This document shows, piece after piece, positions 39,880 through 52,725 of a stretch of 64,000 bases of DNA. The notes beneath the pieces are model-generated. The model worked only from the letters and a program-made list of their open reading frames with translations, did not search any database and was not told the DNA's origin. Every line of letters starts with the position of its first letter. The first letter of the stretch is position 1. The position numbers were made by a program, and so were the translations under genes. Origin of the DNA: the human T2T-CHM13v2.0 reference genome, Homo sapiens. The stretch lies in NCBI RefSeq assembly GCF_009914755.1, contig NC_060927.1; one strand, given 5' to 3'.

Positions 39880-41622
39880 TTATGAGTTTATAGTGGGAAA
39901 ATTATCCCAAAAATCTTACTTTGTTTTGTTTCAGAATAGAAAGCCCCAAAATACCTTGGTTGGTGGGGATATTTATGCATCAGTTATATCACAGGGTGGC
40001 AATTGGAACTGGGAACAAGGAACATGAGAAATATCTGTGTTTATCAAAAGGAAGCAGGTGTTACTAAAGCCCGAGAAATGCTGACCTATTTTTAACCACT
40101 TCTTTATATACAGAAGGGGAAACTGAGGCCCAGAGGGTGAAGAGATGTGTCCAAGGTCACAAAGCTAGTAGGCAACAGAGAGGCAGGATGTGTGACATGG
40201 CCCCGTGTGTGGGAGGAGCACTGGGTGAGGAGTGAGAGGTGGGTGCCATGGTGTGACCATGGGCAAGCCAGTAAACCTGAGACCTGGTTTTTTCATCTGA
40301 AAAATGGGAAGATAATATTGTGCCACAGAGGGCTGTTAAGGGATCAAAAGAAAAGAGAAAGCCATTTGTAAATGCAACACATTGTTTAAAACTGGCCTTC
40401 CTGGCATTTTAATCATCCAGCTTGTAAAAGAGCACACACTGAAGCTATATATCTAGACTCCAGTCCCTTCAGCATGACCACATACAAGGGTTTCCAGACA
40501 GTAAGTAGGAAAACCTATGCTAAGCAAAACTTCCTGGGAACTTTTTCATCAGGGGTAATGGTATAGGTGGGTAGTCACATGGGAAAAAGGTATAATTGGA
40601 TCCACTTCTCAAATTGTAAACCAGGATAAATTCCAAATAGAATAGAGACCTACATTTTTTTAAGATGAAAATATGTAAGTACTAGCAGAAAACATAAATG
40701 AATTCTTGATAACGGGGAAAGCTTTTCTAACCATGGCAATAAGAAAAAAGTTAATTGATTTAATTACATAAAAATAAAAATAATGCTTCTATAGCAACAA
40801 CTACAACAAAACAAAATGAAAACTAGTAATAAAACAAAAGAAAAATAGCAGCTGGGTATGGTGGCTCACACCTGCAATAATAGCACTTTGGGAGGCTCAG
40901 GCAGGAGGATTGTTTGAACTCAGGAATTCAAGACCAGCCTGAGCAATATAGCAAGACCCCATCTCTACCCAAATTTTTTAAAAAATGAGCCAGGTAGTGG
41001 TGTGTGCCTGTAGTCTCAGCTACTCAGGAGACTGAGGTGGGAGGATGGCTTGAATCTACGAAGTCAAGGACGCAGTGAGCCATGATCCAGCCTAGGCAAC
41101 AGAGCAAGGGCTTGTCTCAAAAAAAAGTTAAAAAACAAAAATACCATAAGTAGGGGAAAAAGACAAATGAGAAGCTGAAAAAAGAAATTGTAATTTACAT
41201 CACACACAAGGAGTTAATAGCCTTAACATAGAGGGAGCTTCTAAAAGTAAAAAATTAAAAATAAAAACAAGAATTCCACAGATATATATTAGAGATATAA
41301 ACAGGCAGCTCACAGAGAAAGATATGCAAATGACCCTTATTGACATTCAACCTCACTCACAAATACAATGCAAAGGAAAATTACCCTGAAAACCAGGTCT
41401 CACCTGTCAGTTAAGCCTCAAATTGGACAAGGTTATCTCTTGGTGTGTCTACAGGAAAACAGATTTCACAGATTGCTGGTGGGAAGGCTAGTGGGAGAGC
41501 AAAATGCTACAACCCCTGTAAAGGGAAATTCAGCAATATCTAGAAATTACACATTCATTTATCTTTTGACCTGTAAGTCTCAGGTTTACAACTCCTCTCT
41601 AGGGGCTGGGCACGGTGGCTCA

Positions 41623-41966
<344 letters not shown>

Positions 41967-42477
41967 TTACAGAATTATAAAAAACAAAGTGGGCTTAAGC
42001 AAACTTTTTAATCAAAAGCAAAATGAAACAAATGACTCTGTGTATCAAGCTTGTTCTACGCCCACACAGAGATGAATCATTTCTAGTGACTTTAAAACAC
42101 GAAACTTTGTTCATTTCTAGTGGGATATACCATAAGGACAAAAAGAACTGCAAAACAATCTTAAGCTGTAAAGTCATTATATTATAGGTAGTTTTGTTGG
42201 TATTATTTTATTGAAACTATTATGTGTATATTGTGAGATAAAGCAAATGAGCATTTGTGTTGGTGTCATTGAGAACTGGAACTTTCAGCATGGGAAAAAA
42301 GAGATATGGTCATACAATTGATGAAATAAAAACTCTTTTATCCTGATTTTGAATTGGAAGCATCAGAATAAACATATCATTTCCTCTTAAGAACAAAAAT
42401 GTATTCCTTCACTCTGTCCACTCAAAAGGCCTAGAAACAAACACCACCCCAGTAATGACAAGCATCTCCAGCACCTA

Positions 42478-42690
<213 letters not shown>

Positions 42691-42693
42691 TCA

Positions 42694-42879
<186 letters not shown>

Positions 42880-43008
42880 CTATTATACCAGAAACCAAAT
42901 AAGCAATAAAATCCAAATAAGATCATGCCAAAAGGATACAAGAGTCAACCTGAAGAGGCTCCTATTGGCTCAGTATGAGACCATTTGCATATTAGTAAGT
43001 GTAACTAC

Positions 43009-44462
43009 CAAAACTAATAAAACAAAAGAACTGCCAGACTGCCCGAAGAAACCTACAAAGGGGCCTCTTATAGTGACTTCAGTTTTATGGGATAATTGTA
43101 ATGCTTCCAAAGCTGTTGTGCTCCAAAGTCTAGCCACGGGTATTGCTATTGATTGGGCTCCAAAAGGGCATTATTCGCAAGATTGCTCCGGCAAAAATAC
43201 CTCATGCTCAGAGTTTATTTATTTATTAGATTATATGGAGAATGGATGGCAGTCTTACAGGCTGAGACAATGGGTGTCTCCTTACCCATTCAAATGGATG
43301 GACGGATGCAGGCATTGCTCCTCCTAGACCAAAAATGATTCATCCCTTTGTTACCCCAGAACATCCTGAACTATGGAAATTAGCTGCAGCCTTGACAGGA
43401 ATAAGGATATGGAACACTACCTATCAACTCCTTCGTACTAATACCAAAACACCCACATTCAACATCACCTTCATATCTGAACGGGTGATACCCATCAGCA
43501 GCTGTGTCAAACCCCCTTACATGCTGTTGGTTGGAAATATAATTATTATTCCTAATACACAAACTATACAATGTGATAACTGTAAGCTGTTCACGTGCAT
43601 TGATACTACTTTTAATCCCACTACAAGTATTCTCTTAGTTAGGGCTGGAGAGGGGGTATGGATACCAGTTTCTTTACATCGTCCATGGGAGTCTTCCCCC
43701 TCTATTCACACAGTCAATGAAGTTCTTAAAGGTATCCTCAAAAGAACAAAGAGATTTATTTTTACTCTTAATGCAGTCCTTGCAGGACTAATTGCGGTTA
43801 CTGCAACAGCGGCAACTGCTGGAGTTGCCATCCACAATTCTGTTCAAACTGCTCACTATGTTGAAGCATGGCAAAAAAACTCCTCCAGACTTTGGAATTC
43901 TCAGGCTCAAATTGTTCAAAAATTAGCTAATCAAATTAATGATCTCCGCCAAAGTGTAACCTGGCTGGGAGATAAAGTTATGAACTTGGAACACTGTATG
44001 CAATTATAGTGTGATTGGAATACTTCTGATTATTGCATAACGCCTTATGCTTATAATCAAGATCAACATAGCTGGGAAAAGGTCTCAAGACATTTAAAAA
44101 CCTGTGATGATAACATAACGTTGGATATTTCACAACTTAAAGAGCAATTCTTTGAGACTTCACAAGCCCATTTATCCACTGTTCCTGGCTCAGATATTTT
44201 TCAAGGCATAACTAAACAATTATCTGATTTTAATCCCTTCAAATGGCTCAAACCCTTCGGAGGATCATTGTTGTTACTGGCATTATTAATATTGGTATGC
44301 TTATGTAGTCTCCTTTTAGTCTGCAGATGCCTCCAAGGAGTCCGAAACCAAGTCCGAAGTCAACGACAAGCAATGATGGCGATGGCGATCCTAGTTAATA
44401 AAAAGGGGGGAGATGTGGGCTGCAAGCCACCCAGGTGCCGAGGCAAGAGACCGAGGACATGA
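43009..44462 (+). pseudogene. HERV-K-class env pseudogene (C-terminal SU plus TM)
   Basis: HPELWKL, furin site RTKR, fusion peptide [43 protein letters not shown]; in-frame TAG at 44007-44009 then CDWNTSDYC; TM anchor; frameshift near 43300. Confidence 0.93.
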
Positions 44463-45417
44463 GCTGTTCCAGTATAATAAAATATAAAACAAGAATAGTT
44501 ATACCAGATATAGATCTTAGATATGATTATATATGAATATAATTAATCATTAGTTTGTGGCAATTACTCTTTATTCCAATATTATAATAATCCTCGCTCT
44601 ATAATCATAACCTAGGAAAAACCAGGCCATACAGAGATAGGAGCTGAGGGGACATAGTGAGGAGTGACCAGAAGACAAGAGTGCGAGCCTTCTGTTATGC
44701 CCAGACAGGGCCACCAGAAGGGCTCCTTGGTCTAGCGGTGACGCCAGTGTCTGGGAAGATGCCCGTTGCCAGGCGGACCGAGGTCTAGCGGTAGCGTAAG
44801 TGTCAAGGGAAAACACCTGCTACTTAGCAGACCGGGAAAGGGAGTCTCCCTTTCCCCGGGGGAGTTTAGAAAAGACTCTGCTCCTCCACCTCTTGTGGAG
44901 GGCCTGACATCAGTCAGGCTCGCCCACAGTTATCCAGAGGCCTAACCGTCTCCCTGTGATGCTGTGCTTCAGTGGTCACGCTCCTAGTCCGCCTTCATGT
45001 TCCATCCTGTTCACCTGGCTCTGCCTTCTAGATAGCAGTAGCAAATTAGTGAAAGTACTAAAAGTCTCTGATATGCATAAATAACGGCGTAAGCTGTCTT
45101 TCTCTTTGTCTCCTCTCTCTCTCTGCCTCAGCTGCCAGGCAGGGAAGGGCCCCCTGTCCAGTGGACACGTGACCCACGTGACCTTACCTATCGTTGGAGA
45201 TCACTCACACTCTTTACCCTGCCCCTTTTGCTTTGTATCCAATAAATAGCGCAGCCTGGCATTCGGGGCCACTACCGGTCTCTGCGCATTGGTGGTAGTG
45301 GTCTCCCGGGCCCAGCTGTCTTTTCTTTTATCTCTTTGTCTTGTGTCTTTATTTCTACACTCTGTCATCTCCGCACACACGGACAGACCCACCGACCCTG
45401 TGGGGCTGGTCCCTGCA
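44414..45417 (+). mobile_element. LTR13 (3' LTR)
   Basis: TGTGGGC.GCAAGCCACCCAGGTGCCGAGGCAAGAGACCGAGG start, AATAAA at 45241, ends ggggctggtccctgCA; 1004 bp. Confidence 0.88.
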
Positions 45418-46053
45418 AGTAAGAGTAACTACAATGGATTAGAATATAACATATCTTTTTCATCATAGGTTCAATATGATACTAAAACAAAGAAACTGAA
45501 ACAAAACCAAATAACAAAAATAAAACCCTCACTGATCACCTTTAGAGAATATCTGATTGGGAATTAACTTGAAAAATTATAATATAGAGGAAAAGAAGCA
45601 TCATTTATCCTATCTTTCTTATGTGAACTGTACCTCAGGGTTGACGAGAAGTACCTCTTTATAGGGGTATTCTAGTTACTAAGTGAAAAAGGAATGATAG
45701 AGTATTAACATTGGGCAACATTTAGGGAAACAATGATCTAGGCAATGGTCATCAATGGCTGCTAACACGACAGAAGAGGAAACTAGACATTACATACTTC
45801 TTAAGAGATATACACAATGGCACTTTTAAGTATTCAGGTAAAAAAATATCACTTGAATCTGATATTGATCAAACTTCTAGATCCGACCATCAATTTTTAG
45901 GAAATACAGTGGACAGAGGACCACATTAAATGACACTATGGGGAGGGGAATTATGAAAATCTGAATTGAGAAAATTCTACAGGACAAATGACCTAGTGTG
46001 ATAAACAAAGAAATTGGGATGGGGGAGTAGAGAGAAATAGAGTGAGGGCAAAC

Positions 46054-46108
46054 TTTTTTTTTTTTTTTTTTTTTTTTGAGACAGTCTTGCGCTGTCGCCC
46101 AGGCTGCA
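46054..46108 (-). mobile_element. Extremely 5'-truncated Alu (about 30 nt plus A tail)
   Basis: T24 then gagacagtcttgcgctgtcgcccaggctg; TSD gggcaaactttt. Confidence 0.85.
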
Positions 46109-46576
46109 GGGGGCAAACTTTTAAAGGAGGTTTAAGAGACATTTAATTGCAACTGTGGACCTTATTACAACTGTACTTTGTACAAAGCTAAAAATTGCCA
46201 GATATTTGGGGAAATTTAAGCACTGAGTGGGCATTGGGTAATACAGGAAATTATTGTTAATTTGTTTGTTATAGGTGTGATAATGGTATGGCAGTTATGT
46301 TTAAAGAGTCCTTATCTTTTAGACACTACATTTAGAGATATAAGCATAAGTTTATAGAAGAAATGATAAAATGTTGGGAACTTGCTTCAAAATAATCTGG
46401 GGATGTGGGAGTAGAAGGAATATAGATTAAACACATTTTTTCTACTTACATATGTAATTGAAATGTTTCATAATAAAAAGTTAAAAATAAATAAAAACCA
46501 TAAAAAGTTAAAAAGAAAACAAAAATTTGCCCAGCTCTTGCAGAGACTGCAAGGCAAGAAAATCTAAGAATCTCTT

Positions 46577-46736
46577 AGCCCTTCAGAATAAAGTCAGCTT
46601 CACGACTGTGAAGTCACATTCTCAAAATGGATAGTCTGATTGAGATTAAGAGATTCTCTGCATTCTCATTCCTTCTTGTCATAGACTAACGAAATACTTC
46701 ACTGTAATCTAAAATATATCAGATCATGACATTTCT
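46577..46736 (+). repeat. Source copy of ~155-bp local duplication (partner 48193-48346)
   Basis: Near-identical alignment: 3 substitutions and one 6-bp indel by eye. Confidence 0.95.
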
Positions 46737-48192
46737 CTGCTCAAGTCTATCTGTAGCTCCCCAGTACTTTATATGTACCCAGAAAAACAGCTGATGCCCT
46801 TGTAATAGCCTACAGAACTCTCCCTACTTGATATCCCCTCAGTGGTAGCCAGCCCCCAAGATGGCCCCCCAAAATGATCCCCACCTCCTGGTATTTGTTA
46901 TTCTCTTCCAAGACTGGTCTATGTGATCAGTAAAATAAAGAAAAGGTGATGACATGTTACTTCTGAGATTCGGTTATAGACACTGTGGCTTCCATCTTGG
47001 TTTCTTTCTTCCTCCTCGGATCACTTGCTCTGGGGGAAACCAGCTGTCATGTCATCAGCAGTGTCATACAGAGGCCACATAGCAAGAATTCCGGCGAACT
47101 GAATTCTCCTGCCAACCGCTCTGTCAGTGTGCATGGAGGCTGATCTTCCAGCTTCAGTCAAGCCACTTTTTTTAAAGGGTTGGATGGTAAATAGTTCGAG
47201 CTTTGCAGGCCATGTGGTTTATATTGCAACTACTCAACTTTTCCATCATACACAACATGAAAATTAACGTGTTCCCAGAAAATCTTATTTACAAAAACAG
47301 GCAGTAGTTTGGTAACTCTCCCATGACTTCAGTGCAGGCTCACAGCTTGATTGCCACCTCATGAAACCCTGAACCAGAGCTATGCAGATAAGCTGCTCCA
47401 ATTCCTGAGCCTCAGGAAATGTGAGATATATTTCTTTCAAGTTGCTACACTTTAGTGTAATCGATAACTCATATACCATCATCCCACTCTCCACACCCCA
47501 TGTATACCTCTTTTTACTTCTCTAATCTCTACTCTCCACCATTCATTCAGCTCAGGTCATAGAGGCCTCCTTGTTGTTCCTTGATTATACCAGGGGTGCT
47601 CGTGCCTTCGGGCCTTTGCACTTGCTATTTTTTATGCCTGAAGTACTTCTCCCCAAGACATCTACTTGGTTAGATTCAGTATCTCCTTTAGGTCTTTACT
47701 CAAATGAGCCTTTCTCAGTAAAGTGAGGAGGGGAATAGTGAGGATGTTCCCTCATCCTACTTATAAATGTAACACACCTTCCTTCCTACATTCCCTATTT
47801 CCTTTATTTTTCTTCATAGCATTTACCACCATGTAACATACACTTTATTTATTTTATTGTCTGTCTTCCTCCACTGGATTGTAATCTTCATGAAGGCAGG
47901 AGTTTCCATTTTGTTTACTTCAGTATCCAAAACAGTACCTGGCCTGCAGTAGCCCTCAATAAATTTTATTATTTAACAAACCTCCCAACACCTTAAAGGC
48001 ATGAATATCTTACTTGACATAATATACCCAGTCCCTGGCACATAATAAATATTAAATGCTAAATTAGCTTTCAAGAATTTTAAACATGTGAATATCAGAT
48101 GTGTTTTTGAAAGATCACTCTAGGAAAAGAATGGAGGAAGCAATTGGTGTTTGTCAATACTTGATTCTCATTTGCTCTCTTTCAGAATATTC

Positions 48193-48346
48193 AGCCCTTC
48201 AGAATAAAGTCAGCTTCACGACTGTGAAGTCACATTCTCAAAATGCATAGTCTGATTAAGAGATTCTCTGCATTCTCATTCCTTCTTGTCATAGACTAAC
48301 GAAATACTTCACTGTAATCTAAACTAGATCAGATCATGACATTTCT
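48193..48346 (+). repeat. Second copy of ~155-bp local duplication
   Basis: Aligns to 46577-46736. Confidence 0.95.
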
Positions 48347-48604
48347 GTCAGGCAATTTCACCCATCCTCACTGTTCATTACTTCCTAAATGCAATTTAAC
48401 CTTAAAATTTGCATTGTCCCTGTCCGATTTCCCAAAGCTACCCTCTTTCTCAACTTTGGGTTGCATAACTTACTGTGTGACTTTGGACGAATTACTTAAC
48501 TCTATGTTCCTCAGTTTCCCTAGCTGCCAATGTGGATATTAATACTTATCTCAAAAGAATGTTATGATGATAAATGATTCAATTCATGTAAAATACTGAG
48601 AACA

Positions 48605-48953
<349 letters not shown>

Positions 48954-50211
48954 TCATCAGGTCACGTTACTTTCATTACAAGCTCCCATTGCCCTCAAGA
49001 TGAAAACATGGACTTCAGTCCTGCATTGGCTAGCTTCTACTTTTCCAGATTATCCTCATGATCACATCTATTCCAGAATGTACTCTGGCCAACCAGACTC
49101 CCAATGCCCTGAGAACTTCAGAAGTGCTCCTCCCTCTGTCTGGAATGCCCTACTTTCCCCTTCCCAGATACTGCCTACCTTCCCTGTTCTATAAAGTGCT
49201 CACAAACTTCATTTGCCTTCCCAGATGAAATTCCTTTTATTAAGCCCTCCCTTTTGTAGCAGTAAATTTGTTCACATGTGATTTGATCAGTTTCCGTCAT
49301 AATACTAACACAGCAGAGCAGGCTGGGTGTTTTTACTCATCACATACATCCTCAATGCTCTGCAGCGGTGCACAGTAGTAGGTACCTGGTTAACTATTTG
49401 TGAAAAACATGAAAAATGGGAACAATGGGGCAGAGCCAAGTTAGGAAGTTCAGTCATCCAAGAATCAAGGAGTTGCTGCACTGAGGTATTGCACGATGAT
49501 GGGGGCACTTAAATTTTTAGGAAAACGAATTAAAACATTGAATTAAACAATAATTTCAAGCAATTCCCAAACCAATTAATGCATAGATTAGGTTGTAACT
49601 GTCCAGATATGTTTGGCGACACAATTCTATTAGCATCAAGACTCATCTAAGTACCTGAAGTAGTGGCACCACCATCAGGCTCAGCAGTACAAAAAGGCAC
49701 ATCATTCTTGTCCTCCCTAATCTCCTGCAGTATGGATTTTGCCAAACCATTTCGATTAGAGCTTTCAAAGGCCAGTTTATTCGGGAGAAAGGGTCCATCC
49801 ACTTGTAAGTTTCAATAGACAACCAACACGCCGGTGTTGGGGTAGGGGCTTTTGAGAAAGAGATGAGGATGCTCTGAGACAAGATTCCAACCGAGTGAAC
49901 TAATTTTTTCAGACAAGGACCACAGTAGATTCTGTAGCTGAGTTGAGATTTGGTTTTGAGTTTCTGGTGCCTACAAAGCAGGTGGTTAGGGCTTTCTAAT
50001 AAGCAGTTTAACATTGGTTTACAGCAGGCCTCACACCCAGAGTCTTTGGGCTAACTATAAGAGCAAACTACAGAGCAACTTATATGTAAGAACTGTTCTA
50101 AGCACTTGAGATTACATTTACAAGCTATTAAAAACAGTATTTGAGACTGTCAAGACAATCATATACATTTTATACAGCTATATAAAAAATTGTTCTACAG
50201 TAAGATTTCCT

Positions 50212-50442
50212 GGCCGGGCATGGTGGTTCACAGCTATAATCAGCACTTTGGGAAGCCGAGGTGGGTAGATCACTTGAGGTCAGGAGTTTGAAACCAGCCT
50301 GGCCAACATGGCCAAACCCTACTCTACTAAAAGTACAAAAAATTAGCCGGGCATGGTGGCTCACACCTGTAATTCCAGCTATTTAGGAAGCTGAGTCACT
50401 GCACTCCAGCCTGGGTGACAGAACGAGAGTGTCTAAAAAAAA
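50212..50442 (+). mobile_element. AluS with internal right-arm deletion
   Basis: gaagctgagt joined directly to cactgcactccagcc. Confidence 0.85.
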
Positions 50443-50618
50443 GATTTCCTATATAACGCTACTTTTACCTGAGTACATAAAAGATTTTGGAAATCGTGGG
50501 AAAAAATTATACCAGCTATAAGCTATTTAAATACTGTTGATAGTTATCAGAGGGAAATCAAAATCATATAAACAGCATACTCAAAAAAATGAGACAAAAG
50601 TTCAAGAGTATAATATTT

Positions 50619-50684
50619 TTTATTCACTGATAAACTAAAAGCCAATTTCTTGGTATTTCTCATGTATACTTCATTTATTTTATT
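50619..50684 (-). terminator. RPL22L1: RPL22L1 poly(A) signals
   Basis: Overlapping AATAAAATAAA at 50674-50684 and a further AATAAA at 50619-50624, downstream of the stop codon. Confidence 0.8.
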
Positions 50685-50716
50685 AATAAGCAAAGCCCTG
50701 TAAGGGGAGCCTTTGC

Positions 50717-50861
50717 CTAGTCCTCCGACTCTGATTCATCTTCATCTTGACTAATCTGGAAGTAACGAAGTTCGTAGGTCTCCTTGTCAGATGCAACCAC
50801 TCGAAGCCAATCACGAAGATTGTTCTTCTTAAGGTATTTCTTGGTAAGGTATTTCAAATAC
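50717..50861 (-). CDS. RPL22L1: Ribosomal protein eL22-like 1, exon 4
   Basis: ttttaaaag|G TAT TTG...: (R)[47 protein letters not shown]; 145 nt. Confidence 0.98.
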
Positions 50862-52347
50862 CTTTTAAAATAAAAACATAAATTTCATTAAGAAATACAA
50901 TTCCTACTATGTAAAGGTTTACTATACGAAAAATATACATCATCATATTCATCTTTTCTGTACCTAGCTTCCTCCAAAATATTTCATCCTTCCATTCACA
51001 GGATGTATTGTGTAAGACTGTTAGGGTAGCATCCTCTTGTCATACTGCCACACTATATATTGTTCAAGATTGTTAGGGTAGCATTCTCTTGTCAAACTGC
51101 TACAGCCAAATTATTTAAGCAATATGATTTCACTCTTCAAATATATTATCTGTGTATATATATGTGAAAACGTTAACACCTCCTTCACCACTATCAAGCC
51201 CCCTAGCTCCCAATCCCACCCCGGCTCAACAGGCAACCTATTAATAATAGGGTTAAACCCATACTATGCTCATTAAGTCTCAACTTCTCTGAAAATTCTT
51301 GGGCTCTCTCTACATCTAATGTAACTAGAGTTGTATTTTACAATAATTATCTGATTATCTGTAAGATACTTGATTTACAGCTACTACAGCTACTACATTT
51401 TTATCTCTGAATCCTTAGTGATTATAATCTCAGTTAACATGTACTGCAACCACTAGTCCAAGCCATCATTGTCTCTCACTGAAATTAGCTCTTACATCTT
51501 CAGTTTCCACCAGATGTATCACCCTAGTCTTTTTCAGCCACAATAAACAATTGCTTCCCATTACACATCCCATGGCTTTCAAGATCTGCTCCCCAGACAC
51601 CCTCCAATCTCATGCATTCCTCCCAGAACACTATACCCCAGACACACTGGCTTTGTTACTATTACTTTAATCTGCCAGGCTTCTGGTTCATCCTGCCTGT
51701 AACAACTGCAAGGCTCACTTCTGCATTTCATTTCCTGACCAACTTACCAACGTACCCAAAAACTCTGCAACTAGTTTTATGCCCTTACAGCACTTATCAC
51801 TGCTTGATTAATTCCATTTCACTCTCTCTTCTCCACTAGAAGTTTCTTGGTGGTGGGTAAACTGCCTGCTTGGTTCACTGTTGGGTTACCCAGTCCTGTG
51901 CTGCCCATGTAGTATTTAATATTTGGTGAATAAATTCAACAAATAAAAACTGGCAGCAAGATGTTAAGACTTTGACTTTAACTGGCTACCTCTACTGAAT
52001 AAATAACTTGAGACAATTCTCCTATGTACACATCAGACATGTTTCTTGCAACATACTCAAATACTAAAGTACTCAGCATTAAAGGTTATATACAATTTGG
52101 ATTTACAGGGCCTATAATTTACTGGACTGGGACTGTGGACACAACTGGCTCATATTCTAGCAATAAATGACACTTACAACTAGACTCAGCAATTGGCACT
52201 CATTTACTGAATTTCCCATTTATGTAGGCCTTTAGTCTAAAGTTCATATTTATTCTTGCATATAAACAGAATACATGTAATAACTACATATTCTATGAAA
52301 TATTCCAAAACTACTATAGTTTTATTAAAATTTGCAAAAGTACCAAC

Positions 52348-52469
52348 CTTTTAGAGAACTGTTTCTCAGAAACAACTGTGATTTTATTCTTGAAGCGTTC
52401 AATGTGAACAACATTCCCGAGATTTCCAGTTTTGCCATTGACTTTAACCTTCTCCCGTAGAAATTGCTC
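52348..52469 (-). CDS. RPL22L1: Ribosomal protein eL22-like 1, exon 3
   Basis: aaaatag|GAG...AAAAG|gttggt; [40 protein letters not shown]; 122 nt. Confidence 0.98.
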
Positions 52470-52632
52470 CTATTTTAAAACAGAAAAAATGCAAAACTAG
52501 GGAAGAGAACCCTAGATATTCACTAGGGAAGGTACCCTAGGAATAGAGCTTAGGTTATTATCAAATACTATATATTTAAACCATTATCAATAACTCTGAT
52601 TACAAAAATAAGCCGAGTAGAATGATACTTAC

Positions 52633-52725
52633 AAAATTTCCAGAATCAAAAATTCCATCTTCTACTGGATGAGTAAGGTCCAAATTAAACCTCCAGGTTG
52701 ACCTCTTGGGCTTCCTGTCTTTCTG
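52633..52725 (-). CDS. RPL22L1: Ribosomal protein eL22-like 1, exon 2
   Basis: atgtag|CAG...TTT|gtaagt; QKDRKPKRSTWRFNLDLTHPVEDGIFDSGNF; 93 nt. Confidence 0.98.

Larger units (their letters stand above)
43009..45417 (+). mobile_element. 5'-truncated HERV-K13 (HML-4-type): partial env plus complete LTR13
   Basis: Betaretroviral env ORFs, PPT aaaaaggggggaga ending at 44413, ~1-kb LTR; flanked by 15-bp direct repeat (42994-43008, 45418-45432). Confidence 0.88.

Noticed and set aside
43009-45417. L1-mediated retrocopy of a HERV-K transcript
   Set aside because: The TSD length fits, but U5 and the terminal CA are present and there is no poly(A) tail after R.
49643-50014. 123-aa ORF downstream of RPL22L1
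   Set aside because: No recognisable homology or splice context; lies beyond the poly(A) signals.
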